DNA of 64,000 nt from Candidatus Bathyarchaeota archaeon (GTDB taxonomy: Archaea > Thermoproteota > Bathyarchaeia > Bathyarchaeales > Bathycorpusculaceae), in contig CAWGZR010000006.1 of assembly GCA_963827165.1 (NCBI GenBank), positions 1 through 64,000 on the forward strand. The letters run 5' to 3'. Both the position numbers and the translations under genes were made by a program. A model generated the notes under the pieces. It did not search any database and had not been told where the DNA came from. It was given only the letters and a program-made list of their open reading frames with translations. Within the stretch, counting starts at the first letter, position 1. Every line of letters starts with the position of its first letter. Below, in pieces: positions 1-10,970 of this stretch.

Positions 1-9
1 TCTTTTATG

Positions 10-1353
10 TTATGTATCTCTATTGAGTTGCTGGCGTGCTCCATAGTGGTTCTCACAGCCCTCAGTGAACAAGACAGTTTCTTCATCATCAACCAGATGC
101 ATTTTATGAAGTTGGTTTGCAACTGCAGATATTCTGTCTTTTTCTTCGTGGTAGTTTATAAGAACTGGGTATACGCCGAATATGAGTTCCAGTTGTTTTT
201 TGACTTTGATTTCAGGAGTGACGGCAATTATGGGTTGTGCAATCTTGAAGCGAGCTATCATTCGGGCTGTGTAGCCTGACCGCGTTAAAGGGATAACTTT
301 GTGAACCGGCATACTTTGACATATATCATGGATTGCCCTGCTCACCGTATCAGAAATATTGATGAACGGCGTATCTTCAACGTTGCTTTTGACGGCTTTC
401 TCTGTTTCATTTGCTATTCGAGTCATCATCTCAACGGCTTCAACAGGATACTGTCCAACTGCTGTTTCTCCAGAAAGCATAACGGCGTCTGATCCGTCAA
501 GTATGGCGTTTGCTACGTCGCTGACTTCAGCTCTGGTTGGATTGGGTTGATTAATCATCGATTCAAGCATTTCTGTCGCAGTAACAACAAGCTTACCTTT
601 CTGATTGCATAATTTGATGAGGGATTTCTGAACCAACGGCACTCTTTCAGGTTCGATTTCAACGCCTAAATCGCCTCTTGCAACCATTAATCCACTAGCG
701 ACTTCTAAAATCTCTTCGACATTTTGAACGCCCTCAGAGTTCTCAATCTTGGCGATTATTCCGCCTCCAAAACCATTGGTCTGAGACAAGTTTTTCACGT
801 CTTCTGCATTCCTTGTAAATGAAAGCGCAACGTATTCGACGTCATGTTTTTTTGCAAAACTTATGATCTCTAAGTCCTTCTCGGGGAAAGTTGGAACTGA
901 AAGATGCTTATTAGGAATGTTAACTCCTTTTCCATCTTCTATGACGCCGCTGTCCAAGGTCAGAAGCCGAAGTTTTCGATCTTTCTTTTCAACTACGCGG
1001 GTTCTAATTTTTCCATTATCGATGTATACTTCGTCATCAACTGCCATTTCGTCATAGAAATCGTGATTGAAACTGACTTCTTCCCCGTCGAAGCCTACTT
1101 CCAAAATGTCTCCTTTGCTGAAGACTTTTCGTTGAGATGCCCTGATTCTAATTTCAGGTCCTTTGATGTCAATTATTATGGGGATATCCGCAATTTCCCG
1201 TACTGTTTCTATAACCGATTGGTATTGAGCGAGATTTCCATAAGCAGTATTTATCCTTGCACCGTTCATGCCCGCTTGAAACATTTTTTCAATCGTTTGC
1301 TTTGAAAAACTAGCTGGACCCAAAGTGCAAATAATCTTTGTTTTCTTCAACAA
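10..1353 (-). CDS. pyk: Pyruvate kinase (extreme C-terminus frameshifted; the corrected frame runs off the left edge)
   Basis: Motifs KTKIICTLGPAS, DIKGPEIR, IIAKIEN, MVARGDLGVE, ATEMLESM, PTRAEVSDVANA, DAVMLSGETA. Likely TTG start at 1353 or 1350 after GGAG. Removing one base near 59-61 gives ...AVRTTMEHASNSIEIHNIK. Confidence 0.95.
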   Translation of the reverse strand: MLKKTKIICTLGPASFSKQTIEKMFQAGMNGARINTAYGNLAQYQSVIETVREIADIPIIIDIKGPEIRIRASQRKVFSKGDILEVGFDGEEVSFNHDFYDEMAVDDEVYIDNGKIRTRVVEKKDRKLRLLTLDSGVIEDGKGVNIPNKHLSVPTFPEKDLEIISFAKKHDVEYVALSFTRNAEDVKNLSQTNGFGGGIIAKIENSEGVQNVEEILEVASGLMVARGDLGVEIEPERVPLVQKSLIKLCNQKGKLVVTATEMLESMINQPNPTRAEVSDVANAILDGSDAVMLSGETAVGQYPVEAVEMMTRIANETEKAVKSNVEDTPFINISDTVSRAIHDICQSMPVHKVIPLTRSGYTARMIARFKIAQPIIAVTPEIKVKKQLELIFGVYPVLINYHEEKDRISAVANQLHKMHLVDDEETVLFTEGCENHYGARQQLNRDT

Positions 1354-1744
1354 AATCTCTCCACGCATCCTACAACACCGCACATGCCAAGTTAAAGTTA
1401 ACGGCGAGTAATTCAGACTTGACCCTGAAAATTCGGCTACATCCACCTTAAGAAAGGAGAATAATAGCCTAACCTGAAATAACGTAGCTTTATCTCTTTG
1501 AATTAATTAACTCACATGCATTTTAAATAACGTGTGCCGCGCGCGAACTCAAATACGTCTAAGAAACAGTTAGAGAAACATTCCAAGTTCTTAAACAGGA
1601 AAGTTTGCCAAATTCCTGCAGATAGGCTTATTTTAGTTACTTTGTCCGCTCTAATTCACTTCGAAAATGTAGTTGTGCATTCACACTCACAAGAAGCTAT
1701 AAGGCTCCCCCATGTTTGTTATCTATTCAGGTCGTGTCCATATT

Positions 1745-2101
1745 TTGTCCAAGATAACAATAACCAAAAAGCAGACTATAGAAAAACCTAAAAACCTAAA
1801 CCTGCTGAAAACCGTTCCCTTTGAAAGCGGCTTTCATTTTTACGCAGAACAGGGGAAATATACTGGAATAACCGTATGTAGCGTTGTTGAGTTCGCTGAA
1901 AAACTCCAAACAGTACCCATTCAATCCGTAACGTTCCATTTTCAGCGGCAAGATTTTCAAAAATGGTTCAAAAATACAATTGGCGATGAAGAACTAGCCA
2001 AAAGAATTGACCAGATTAAAGCAGGGACACAAGAAGAGGACTTGAGGAAAGAGCTTTCCCAAACGGTTCAAAATCGCATTGCCGAATTACAACACCCGTA
2101 A
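1745..2101 (+). CDS. Stand-alone DUF5752-like protein
   Basis: Pattern GFHFY...TGITV.S..EF.EKL..V...S..FH..R.DF.KW....GDEELA.RI recognised as DUF5752-like. 82/103 aa identical to the C-terminal domain of the ATPase (25848-26159). Start is uncertain (1712 or 1745). Confidence 0.75.
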   Translation: MSKITITKKQTIEKPKNLNLLKTVPFESGFHFYAEQGKYTGITVCSVVEFAEKLQTVPIQSVTFHFQRQDFQKWFKNTIGDEELAKRIDQIKAGTQEEDLRKELSQTVQNRIAELQHP

Positions 2102-2209
2102 ACATTTCTCCAAGCGTGATAATATAATGTGCACTTTGCTCGTTTCCTCTGAAAAAGTCAAGATGATATATCTTCAAACATAATATATTTTGTTAGGTGA
2201 GTGGAAAAG

Positions 2210-3221
2210 ATGAGAATAGCGTTTTTCGAAGTCGAAGAGTGGGAAGAAGAATACCTCAAAGGAGAAGCTGAACGGTCACCAACTGAAGTTTTCAAATGAA
2301 AAATTAAGTTTGGAAAATGCCGCGCAAATAAAAGATTTTGATGCCTTTTCAGTCTTCATCTACTCTAAAATAGACGAGCAAATCATTCAGGCAATTCCAA
2401 ATTTGAAATTAATAACTACAAGATCCACCGGCTTCGACCATATCGATTTAGAAGTATGCAAGAAACAGGGGATTACAGTTTGCAATGTTCCTTCTTACGG
2501 GGAGAACACTGTTGCTGAGCACACGTTTGCTTTGATTCTGGCCTTGTCGAGAAACATGTGCAAGGCCTGCATTAGACGTTTTGAACAAGACTTCTCAATA
2601 GAGGGGTTAGAGGGGTTCGACTTGAAAGGAAAAACTATAGGCGTCATCGGAACTGGCCAGATCGGCTTGCACGTTATCAGGATTGCGAAGGGTTTCGGCA
2701 TGAACGTTGTAGCCTATGACGTCCACCAAAACAAACTCCTATCTGAGGTCTTGGGGTTTGAATATGTTACGCTGGAGAACCTTTTAGCTAGCTCAGACGT
2801 AATTACGCTTCATGTGCCATACATGAAAGCTACGCATCATCTTATGAACAAAGATACGTTCAAGCTTGTTAAGAAAGGTGCCATTCTGATAAACACTGCA
2901 AGAGGAAGTATCGTGGATACTGAAGCATTAATCGATGCTCTTGACAAGAAAATACTGGCCGGTGCTGGGCTTGACGTCTTTGAAGGTGAGGAAGTTATAA
3001 AGGAGGAAAAACAGCTTTTATACGACCCTAAGAACCTCGAAGTCTTGGCCAGCCTAGTTAAGGATCACATTCTGCTGAGCAAGGATAATGTTGTTTTTAC
3101 TCCTCACATAGCTTTCTATAGCAAAGAAGCCCTAGAAAGAATACTTGAAACAACAGTAGAAAACATAGCTGCTTTCGTTTCGGGGAAACCACAAAATGTT
3201 GTTCAACCCAACCCGACATAG
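2210..3221 (+). CDS. D-2-hydroxyacid dehydrogenase (D-lactate dehydrogenase-like), +1 frameshift near 2258-2262
   Basis: Motifs TRSTGFDHID, GVIGTGQIG, INTARG, DVFEGE, TPHIAF. The ATG at 2210 reads MRIAFFEVEEWEEEYLK and joins EKLNGHQLKFSNEKLSLENAA in the next frame. Confidence 0.85.
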
Positions 3222-3312
3222 CTATTGACAGAATGGCGGACAATTATTGGAATTTGTCAACTTGGGCGTAACGAAAGAGAAAAAATTATGGAATCATGAA
3301 AAGGTGAACTGT

Positions 3313-4566
3313 TTGAGAATCGCGGTTTTTGTAATGGAGTATCCGCCTGCAATCGTCGGTGGATTGGGAACCTACGCTGAGTACATAACTAAGGAGTTTG
3401 TGGCTTTGGGACGGGATGTCTCTGTTTACACACTTAACCCCGGAAACCTGAAAACAAGAGAAATCTTGGGCGGGGTAGAAATTCATAGGCCACTCCTTGT
3501 GGAAGCTAGCAACGTATTTCCATTGTTTGTGGCAGACGACCTTAAAAGATGGGGTACAAACATAAAATTCTTCACCGACATATTCGCTTACAATATGTTG
3601 TCAGCTGCAAAAATGATAAACGACGTCATAAAGAAGGAGAACTGCGACTACGCCGTAGTTTCAATTAACGACTGGTTGAGTAGCATAGCAGGAATAATCT
3701 GCAAGAACGAGTTGAAAATACCTGTAATATTTCACGTCCACTCCACAGAGTGGGGAAGAAGCGGGGGAGAAGGCTCAGCAACTGTGAATCATCTGGAGTC
3801 AGAGATGGCTGAAAAAGCAGACGGAATAATAACTGTGAGTCACGCAATGAAGGAAGATTTAGCTAAGCACGGCTGGCCAGAGTCAAAAATACATGTGGTT
3901 TGGAACGGCGTTGACCCAGAAAAATATGATCCTCAAAAAGCCAAGTCAGAAGATGTGCAGAAGCTCAGGCAAAGATATGGAATAGCCAAAGATGAAACTA
4001 TGATACTTTTCTTGGGCCGTTTGACGTGGGTTAAAGGTGTCCGGAACCTCGTTCAGGGGATGCCTTTGGTCTTGGCTGAATATCCAAAGGCTAAGCTGGT
4101 GATACTTGGAAAGGGCGAGGAGCAGCAGGATATAACTGAACTTGCGGATCGACTTGGCATTAGCAAGAACGTAGTTTACCGTCCTGAATTTGTGTCTGAA
4201 GAGGAGCGGATTTTGCATTATGCGGCTTCTGATTTGTGCGTTTTCCCTTCTGTCTATGAACCGTTTGGCATAGTGAGCTTGGAAGCTATGTCTATGGAAA
4301 AACCTGTGGTGGTCGGCGCTAAGGGCGTGGTTGGTTTTCGTGAGCAAGTCATTCCAGCGGGTCCGGAGCAAAACGGGGTTCATGTGGATGGTGGGAGCCC
4401 AGTAGACATTGCGTGGGGTCTCAAAGAGGTACTCAAAGATCCGTCTAGAGCCAAGCAGTGGGGTATTAACGGACGAAAAGCAGTCTTGAAGCATTTCACT
4501 TGGAGAAGTGTTGCTGAGCAAACTCTCGCCATCTATGACAGCTATGCTAGCAAGAAAGCGACTTGA
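3313..4566 (+). CDS. GT4-family glycosyltransferase, probable archaeal glycogen synthase
   Basis: Motifs EYPP..VGGLG, NDWL, HVHSTEWGR, PSVYEPFGIVSLEAM, and glycogen gene context. TTG start after AGGTGA. Confidence 0.8.
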   Translation: MRIAVFVMEYPPAIVGGLGTYAEYITKEFVALGRDVSVYTLNPGNLKTREILGGVEIHRPLLVEASNVFPLFVADDLKRWGTNIKFFTDIFAYNMLSAAKMINDVIKKENCDYAVVSINDWLSSIAGIICKNELKIPVIFHVHSTEWGRSGGEGSATVNHLESEMAEKADGIITVSHAMKEDLAKHGWPESKIHVVWNGVDPEKYDPQKAKSEDVQKLRQRYGIAKDETMILFLGRLTWVKGVRNLVQGMPLVLAEYPKAKLVILGKGEEQQDITELADRLGISKNVVYRPEFVSEEERILHYAASDLCVFPSVYEPFGIVSLEAMSMEKPVVVGAKGVVGFREQVIPAGPEQNGVHVDGGSPVDIAWGLKEVLKDPSRAKQWGINGRKAVLKHFTWRSVAEQTLAIYDSYASKKAT

Positions 4567-4755
4567 GATCGGCATTAGAGACTTGCAAGGGCATCAATGA
4601 AAAGCTAGCAAAAATGAACGTTAGCTTGTTGAATTGTCGCATGAACTCAAAACTTCAAACACCTATCATAATTGTCAACTTCAAAGCATCTTTTTCAAAA
4701 CGTGAAGAGAAAAGCTAAAACATTTCCATTCGTTTGTTTATTCGAGGAATGATTT

Positions 4756-5718
4756 TTGAAGATTATAGGCGTAGTGACAAGTGGCGGGGACGCGCCAGGC
4801 ATGAACGCAGCTATTCGAGGCATCGTCCGCATTGCCTACTCAAAAAACTTCGAAGCCATAGGCTTTGAAAGAGGTTGGGAAGGCTTACTAACAAACACGT
4901 TTAGACGTTTGACGCCCCGCTCTGTCGGCGGAATATTACACTTAGGCGGAACAATCCTTCATACATCAAGATGCCCAGAATTCAAAAAAGATGAAGCGAT
5001 CAAGAAAGCGGCTGAAACTCTTGCATTAAACAATGTTGAAGGACTTGTTGTTATTGGCGGTAACGGCTCTCTCCAAGGAGCTCTAGAACTAAGCAAAAAA
5101 ACCAGTGCACTAATCGCAGGGGTTCCTGCGTCAATCGATAACGACGTTTTCGGAACGGATGAAACAATAGGATTTGACACCGCAGTAAATACGGCAGTAA
5201 ATGAAATCGACAAGATACGCGATACAGCTGTCTCCCTCGAAAGGATCTTCATAGTTGAAGTCATGGGGCGAACAAGAGGGTTCCTTGCGCTGGCTGTGGG
5301 CGTCACCGTCGGAGCCGAAATGATTCTGGTTCCAGAAGTAAAATACGAAAATGAAAAAATCTTCAGCACTATCAAAGAAAGCAAAGAAAAAGGAAAAAGA
5401 TCAGCCATTATTGTTGCAGCGGAAGGAGTTGGAGACAATCGTCAGCTTGCGAATGAAATCGAGAAAGCTACGGGAGCAGAGGTGAGGCTTAGTGTTTTGG
5501 GCTACACCCAGAGAGGTGGCAATCCGTCGGCGAGAAGCAGGCTTCTGGCCAGCCTATTCGCGGACAAAGCGGTTGAACTAATATCTGAACGACAAAAAAG
5601 CAGGGCGGTTGTGTTGCAAAATGGCAAAATAACGAGCATGGAGCTTGAGGAATCCTGCAAGACAGAGAAACCAATTGATTTAAGCCTACTAAACCTTGCA
5701 AGAGTATTGGCGACATAA
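4756..5718 (+). CDS. pfkA: ATP-dependent 6-phosphofructokinase, PfkA family (copy 1)
   Basis: Motifs TSGGDAPGMNAAIR, GGTIL, GGNGS, SIDND, TIGFDTA, VEVMGR, LGYTQRGG. Confidence 0.93.
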   Translation: MKIIGVVTSGGDAPGMNAAIRGIVRIAYSKNFEAIGFERGWEGLLTNTFRRLTPRSVGGILHLGGTILHTSRCPEFKKDEAIKKAAETLALNNVEGLVVIGGNGSLQGALELSKKTSALIAGVPASIDNDVFGTDETIGFDTAVNTAVNEIDKIRDTAVSLERIFIVEVMGRTRGFLALAVGVTVGAEMILVPEVKYENEKIFSTIKESKEKGKRSAIIVAAEGVGDNRQLANEIEKATGAEVRLSVLGYTQRGGNPSARSRLLASLFADKAVELISERQKSRAVVLQNGKITSMELEESCKTEKPIDLSLLNLARVLAT

Positions 5719-5768
5719 AGCGTTTTAGGCCATTCGACTAAAATTATCCGAGAAAAAGAGGCTTTTCC

Positions 5769-7046
5769 ATGGTAGGAAATCAACCCACCAGACTCGTATA
5801 CGGTGAAGATGACGATTCTTTTTGGGAGAAATATCCCATTCTTGAAACTTTTATGCACGCGGCGGATTCTTTCGTTAAACATGTAGGTGGAACCGTACAA
5901 ATATGGGCGGCTAATAGAGACTGGTTTCTTGAAGAATGGGGAAGAGACACTTTCATTTCATTTCCTGGGATTCTTCTCGTCACTAAACGATTTGATGAAG
6001 CGAAACAAGTTGTGAGAGATTTTGCTACATATGAGAAAAATGGTTTGATCCCAAATAGGATAAAGAAGAATAAGATTGAATACAATAGTGTGGGTGCTCC
6101 ACTGTGGTTCATCCAGGCATTGAAGTCGTACTGGCAATATACGGGCGATTTGAGCTTTGTGACGGAAATGCTACCTGTTCTAAGAAGGATAATAGATGCA
6201 TACAAGAATGGCACAAGTTATGAGCGTTTTGGAAAGGAACAAACGATCAAGATGGATGAAAATGACGCGCTTATTGTAAGTCCACCCCAAGCAACATGGA
6301 TGGATGCCGACCCGTCGGGCACTGGCGAAACAATCGTGACTCCCAGAAACGGTAAGGCAGTAGAAATCAATGCCCTTTGGTATGATAACATGAGATTTTT
6401 GGCAACGTTAGAAAGGCAGGAAAAAAATTTATTTAAAGCAAAAGATCATGATTCACTCGCCGATGACATCAAAAAATCTTTCAATAGCAAATTTTGGAAT
6501 TGGTCCGAAAATGCTTTGCTAGATGTTATTGAGGGAGACGCACACGGAGGGGCAATCCGACCAAATATGGTTCTCGCTGTGAGTCACGGGGGAGATCTAC
6601 TTCCCCAGAACCGTCAGACCGGGGTAGTCGAATCAGCAAAAAGGGATTTGCTTACGCCCGGAGGATTACGCACACTCTCTCCCAGAGATTCCCAATACAG
6701 AGGAATTTATGATACCTATCTACCTGCGAATAAAAAAGATCTGGCATACCATCAAGGCACTGCTTGGCCATGGCTAATTGGACCCTATTGTGATGCTCTA
6801 GCAAGTGTTCGCCTATTTCAAGGGAAAAACGCTTCATCTATTCGCCAAGAAATCGCCCGGAATATTGGTTCGCTCGTGAGGTTTTGTGTGGAAAGCCCCT
6901 ATAGATCTCTTCCAGAAGTGTTTTCTGGCGATTCACCTTACACGCCAGGAGGAACCACTTCTCAAGCATGGAGTGTTGCAGAGGTTCTTCGAACACTTAA
7001 GAAACATAATATCGTAGAAGAAAAACCCAGCAGAATGGATTCTTAG
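5769..7046 (+). CDS. Amylo-alpha-1,6-glucosidase (glycogen debranching enzyme, GDE_C domain only)
   Basis: Motifs WGRDTFIS.PG, GLIPN, TWMDA, TPRNGKAVEINALWY, IRPN, GLRTLSP, AYHQGTAWPWL, QAWSVAE. Confidence 0.9.
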   Translation: MVGNQPTRLVYGEDDDSFWEKYPILETFMHAADSFVKHVGGTVQIWAANRDWFLEEWGRDTFISFPGILLVTKRFDEAKQVVRDFATYEKNGLIPNRIKKNKIEYNSVGAPLWFIQALKSYWQYTGDLSFVTEMLPVLRRIIDAYKNGTSYERFGKEQTIKMDENDALIVSPPQATWMDADPSGTGETIVTPRNGKAVEINALWYDNMRFLATLERQEKNLFKAKDHDSLADDIKKSFNSKFWNWSENALLDVIEGDAHGGAIRPNMVLAVSHGGDLLPQNRQTGVVESAKRDLLTPGGLRTLSPRDSQYRGIYDTYLPANKKDLAYHQGTAWPWLIGPYCDALASVRLFQGKNASSIRQEIARNIGSLVRFCVESPYRSLPEVFSGDSPYTPGGTTSQAWSVAEVLRTLKKHNIVEEKPSRMDS

Positions 7047-7133
7047 ATCAGCGCTCGCAGTTTCAGAATAAGGAACTGGAAATGCGACACCGGAAATTTT
7101 CATTTTGACGTTTGTTTTGGCGATAGATGCCAT

Positions 7134-8495
7134 TCAAGTTTTCTCAGGACTTGAATCATGAATTTTACCAAAGTTAGTGCCATTTTCCTGCAATATCTTT
7201 CGGGTTTCCTCCTTGTAGCTTTCAACGTTTGGCTGGTCAAAAGGATTCACATCTAATAGATATCCCAAATAGATAGTCTCTATCATCTTGAACTGCAAGA
7301 ACTGCCCTATGGAATATTCCGATTTACAAGGTAGTTTTATCTCCATGAATGGCCGTTTACCTTTTCTGAAAGCAGCCTTTGTCCCTTCCATTATTGCACT
7401 CATTATACTTTCCAAACTCTGCCCTTGAATCCCATAGACAAGTTTAGAGTATTCTTTTAGCGTTGGCACATTTATGTGTGAATTACTATTTTCGACGCTT
7501 AGAAACGTCGTAAACTTGTCGTATGGCCCTCCAAGATAAAGCTGCGCCATTGAATGCAGATCAGTTGAGCCAATTGAAATGTCTGGAGTTATGCCTACGT
7601 TCACTGTTTCCCCCTTCTTGTTGAATTCTTTGCCCAAGCTTTCAGCCATTAATTGCCTGCACCATTTGCCTAAAGACTCTAAGTCATTCGCGAATAGAAA
7701 CAAGTCAGAAATGTTCTTACCGCTCTCATAATGCAGGTACTGGATAGCTGCACTTATCGCTGCAGGGTTTTTTTCAATATTTATCTCGATACAGGCGTCT
7801 CTGCATGTATTTGCTCCATCCAATAACTGTTCAATGTTTAGTCCCAACAATCCAAGAGGAAACAGACCTACAGGCGAAAAGACCGAATATCTTCCACCAA
7901 CTTTCTTAGGTATTTCTATAACCTTGATTCCTTCTTTGACTGCAATGTTCCACAGTTCTGAGTCCTTATCTGAAGTAACAGTAATGCACTTTTTGTAATC
8001 TTTTTTGTGCCTTCGTAATAAATCTATGAGCACCTCGGCGTTAACTATCGTTTCCGTTGTAGTTCCCGACTTGCTTATCACATTCAGTACGACGTTGTCG
8101 CCTCTTTCTAATACGGGCTTGACAAGCGTGATTATGTTGTTAATGCTGTCCGAGTCAACTGTGTCAGCATATAACACCTTTGTAGCCGCCGTCAATTGAT
8201 TGTACAGCTTTCCTTGAACAGCTTCCTGAACAGCTATCGTTCCTAGATTGCTGCCGCCAATGCCCACGACAATGAGGTAAGCCGGCTTCAGTTGCAGATT
8301 CTTACCTATAGCTTGCCTGACTTTGCCTAACATGAGTCTGTCATCAGGCAGGTATAGCGAAGCCAGATCACTTTCGTAGCCTTCAGAAATAGCAGTTGCC
8401 ATATTCTTAATCTCAGGTCTCAATCGTTCTGCTGTTTCGCTAATCACATGTTGAGGGACAATTGCATCTTCAAAAGAAAATTCTATATCTTTCAC
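7134..8495 (-). CDS. pgi: Glucose-6-phosphate isomerase (bacterial/eukaryal PGI superfamily)
   Basis: Motifs GIGGSNLG, VISKSGTTTET, GGRYSVFS, QLMAESLGK, DLHS, NPFDQPNVESYK. GTG start at 8495 after GGAG. Confidence 0.92.
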   Translation of the reverse strand: MKDIEFSFEDAIVPQHVISETAERLRPEIKNMATAISEGYESDLASLYLPDDRLMLGKVRQAIGKNLQLKPAYLIVVGIGGSNLGTIAVQEAVQGKLYNQLTAATKVLYADTVDSDSINNIITLVKPVLERGDNVVLNVISKSGTTTETIVNAEVLIDLLRRHKKDYKKCITVTSDKDSELWNIAVKEGIKVIEIPKKVGGRYSVFSPVGLFPLGLLGLNIEQLLDGANTCRDACIEINIEKNPAAISAAIQYLHYESGKNISDLFLFANDLESLGKWCRQLMAESLGKEFNKKGETVNVGITPDISIGSTDLHSMAQLYLGGPYDKFTTFLSVENSNSHINVPTLKEYSKLVYGIQGQSLESIMSAIMEGTKAAFRKGKRPFMEIKLPCKSEYSIGQFLQFKMIETIYLGYLLDVNPFDQPNVESYKEETRKILQENGTNFGKIHDSSPEKT

Positions 8496-8520
8496 CCAGA
8501 CGTCATCTCCAAAACCTGGT

Positions 8521-9786
8521 TTACCCAAAAATCTTTGAGTACTTCGCCTTTCCACCTAATTCTTCTTCAATCCTGAGCAGTTGATTATAGTTGCAAGTTC
8601 TCTCACTTCTTGCGGGAGCGCCATACTTGAATTGCCCCGCATCTAAGCCAACAACCAAATCCGCAAAGAAAGTTTCTTCAGTGCTTCCTGATCTATGAGA
8701 AACGATAACGTTCCACCCAGCGTCTCTGGCTGACCTAAAAGCAGCTAAGGCTTCGGTAACGGTTCCGATCTGATTAAGTTTCAGTAGCAACGCGTTGCAA
8801 GCATCTAGTTTGATTGCTTTTTTAATTCTCTCGACATTCGTAACCAGAAGATCGTCTCCGACAATCTGAATTTTTTTCCCCAGCTCAGATTTCAACTTAA
8901 TCCAGCCATCCCAATCGTCTTCGCTCAAGCCATCTTCGATTGATATTATCCTGAATTTTTCACACAGCTCCGAGTAGAAATCCGTTAATTCAGCAGAAGA
9001 GTAATCTTTCTCCATGATGCTATAACGCCCCTTACTATAGAATTCCGATGATGCAGCATCTATTGCTAGACCAAACTCTTTTGTGTAGCCAAGTTCTTCT
9101 ATCGCTTCTGACATGAATTTGAGCCTTTCATCGACGCTTTTCAAGGGAGGAACAAAGCCGCCTTCATCGCCGACTAGTATCGCGGAGCTTCCGAATTTTT
9201 CTTTCAGGTTTTTCTTTAAAGTATGGTAAGTTTCCGAGCACATTCTTAGAGCGTCAGAGTAAGTTTTAGCTCCGAAAGGGATTATCATGTGTTCTTGAAA
9301 ATCATTTTTTATACCAGCGTGCATTCCACCGTTGATCACGTTCATCTGTGGGATGGGTAAAGTCACACCTCTTGAATCAACAAGCTTAGCAATGTATTCA
9401 TAAAGAGGCAAGTTCGACTCCAATGCTCCCGCTTTGCATACTGCCATGCTGACTGCGAGAATAGCATTGGCTCCCAAGTTGGACTTGTTAGGCGTTCCAT
9501 CCAAATCTATCATCAACTCGTCGGCCTCTTTCTGTTTTGTACAATCCTGTCCCACAAGCTTCTTTGCTATGATATTGTTGACATTGCTAACAGCTTTCAG
9601 AACTCCCTGTCCCAAATAACGCCTTCCGCCGTCCCTGAGCTCCAAGGCTTCGTGCTTGCCTGTGCTTGCACCAGAAGGAACAGAAGCCCTTGACAGCCCT
9701 CCTTTTGTGAATACGTCAGCTTCAACGGTTGGGTTGCCTCTCGAATCAAGGATTTCCCTTGCCCTGATCTTATTTATCTTAGACAT
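8521..9786 (-). CDS. eno: Enolase
   Basis: Motifs REILDSRGNPTVE, VPSGASTG, GDEGGF, IVGDDL, LLKLNQIGT, VSHRSG, RSER. Confidence 0.97.
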   Translation of the reverse strand: MSKINKIRAREILDSRGNPTVEADVFTKGGLSRASVPSGASTGKHEALELRDGGRRYLGQGVLKAVSNVNNIIAKKLVGQDCTKQKEADELMIDLDGTPNKSNLGANAILAVSMAVCKAGALESNLPLYEYIAKLVDSRGVTLPIPQMNVINGGMHAGIKNDFQEHMIIPFGAKTYSDALRMCSETYHTLKKNLKEKFGSSAILVGDEGGFVPPLKSVDERLKFMSEAIEELGYTKEFGLAIDAASSEFYSKGRYSIMEKDYSSAELTDFYSELCEKFRIISIEDGLSEDDWDGWIKLKSELGKKIQIVGDDLLVTNVERIKKAIKLDACNALLLKLNQIGTVTEALAAFRSARDAGWNVIVSHRSGSTEETFFADLVVGLDAGQFKYGAPARSERTCNYNQLLRIEEELGGKAKYSKIFG

Positions 9787-10003
9787 GATCTCGCTTCATC
9801 AAGATAATGTGATTTTGCTACTTTTATCCTTTTGACACCTCGCTCATGCTAGCGGATCAGAGAGTATATCTTCGGTCTGGAATTTAAAATTCGGTTTTGA
9901 TATTAAGGTTTATTTAGAGCATGGCTCCTACCAGTTCGATTTGTGAGGCTAGCAGGTCAAACTTATAACATAAAGACCTATTCAGTATAGCTGGTTTTGG
10001 ACA

Positions 10004-10939
10004 ATGATTCAAGTTAAGAGACCTTTGCTTAAAGATTTGAACCTTAATCTCGGTAAGAGGACTAGGCTTCATCGAATCTTGTATGAGCATGGAGTGGGTA
10101 ACGGAATGGCGCTTATTCTTCCAATTGATCATGGATTGGAGCATGGCCCGAGAGATTTCTTTGCAAATCCAGAAAGCGTTGATCCTGCATACCAGTTGAA
10201 ATTGGCAAGAGAGGGCGGTTTTTCAGCCATAGTCCTTCACATTGGTCTGGCTGAAAAATACATGAAGGAATTCAGTGGCGAAATTCCCTTGATTCTTAAA
10301 CTGAATGGAAAAACATCAATCCCTCCAGATACTTGTGCCTTTTCACCTCAAACCGCTTCCGTAGAGGATGCAGTTCGGCTTGGCGCTGACGCTGTTGGAT
10401 ATACCTTGTTTGTGGGCTCGCCTGCCCAAGATAAGGATTTCATTCAATTCGCCAAAATTAGGGAGGATAGCCAAAGGTTTGGTATGCCTCTTATTGTTTG
10501 GGCCTATCCAAGGGGTGAGGCGATCGAAGCTAAGGGCGGTAGGGATAGCCTTTACGCTGTTGACTATGCTGCACGAGTAGCCAACGAGCTGGGCGCTGAC
10601 ATGGTTAAAATGAACATTCCCAAATATGACAAAGAGAGAAGCCAAAAGTATCCTAAACCGTACGACACGCTCCAGCTTAACGCAAAAGAAGCCCTTGAAA
10701 AAGTAATAAGGTCCGCAGGCAAAACGATGGCGCTAATATCTGGGGGAGAAGAAATGGGAGACGACGAACTCTTAGAAAAGGTCAGAATCTCTTTAGAAGC
10801 AGGAGCAACTGGATTAGTATTTGGAAGAAATCTTTGGCAACGACCCTTCAAAAATGCTTTAGAAATAACTGAGCGAATCAAGATCTTAATGGCAGAGTTC
10901 GCAGATAAAGAGAAAATTTTGAAAAATAATGCCAATTGA
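10004..10939 (+). CDS. fbaB: Class I fructose-bisphosphate aldolase (DhnA/FbaB type)
   Basis: Motifs PIDHGLEHGP, LKLNGKT, LGADAVGYT, WAYPRG, ELGADMVK (Schiff-base Lys), FGRNLWQR. Confidence 0.9.
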   Translation: MIQVKRPLLKDLNLNLGKRTRLHRILYEHGVGNGMALILPIDHGLEHGPRDFFANPESVDPAYQLKLAREGGFSAIVLHIGLAEKYMKEFSGEIPLILKLNGKTSIPPDTCAFSPQTASVEDAVRLGADAVGYTLFVGSPAQDKDFIQFAKIREDSQRFGMPLIVWAYPRGEAIEAKGGRDSLYAVDYAARVANELGADMVKMNIPKYDKERSQKYPKPYDTLQLNAKEALEKVIRSAGKTMALISGGEEMGDDELLEKVRISLEAGATGLVFGRNLWQRPFKNALEITERIKILMAEFADKEKILKNNAN

Positions 10940-10970
10940 GTAATCAGAAAAGAAAAGGAAAATGGTTTTG

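Noticed and set aside
3946-4575. Long antisense or overlapping ORFs (e.g. 3946-4575, 45104-45619, 49808-50437, 30205-30705)
   Set aside because: They shadow well-supported genes on another strand or frame and show no recognisable motifs.
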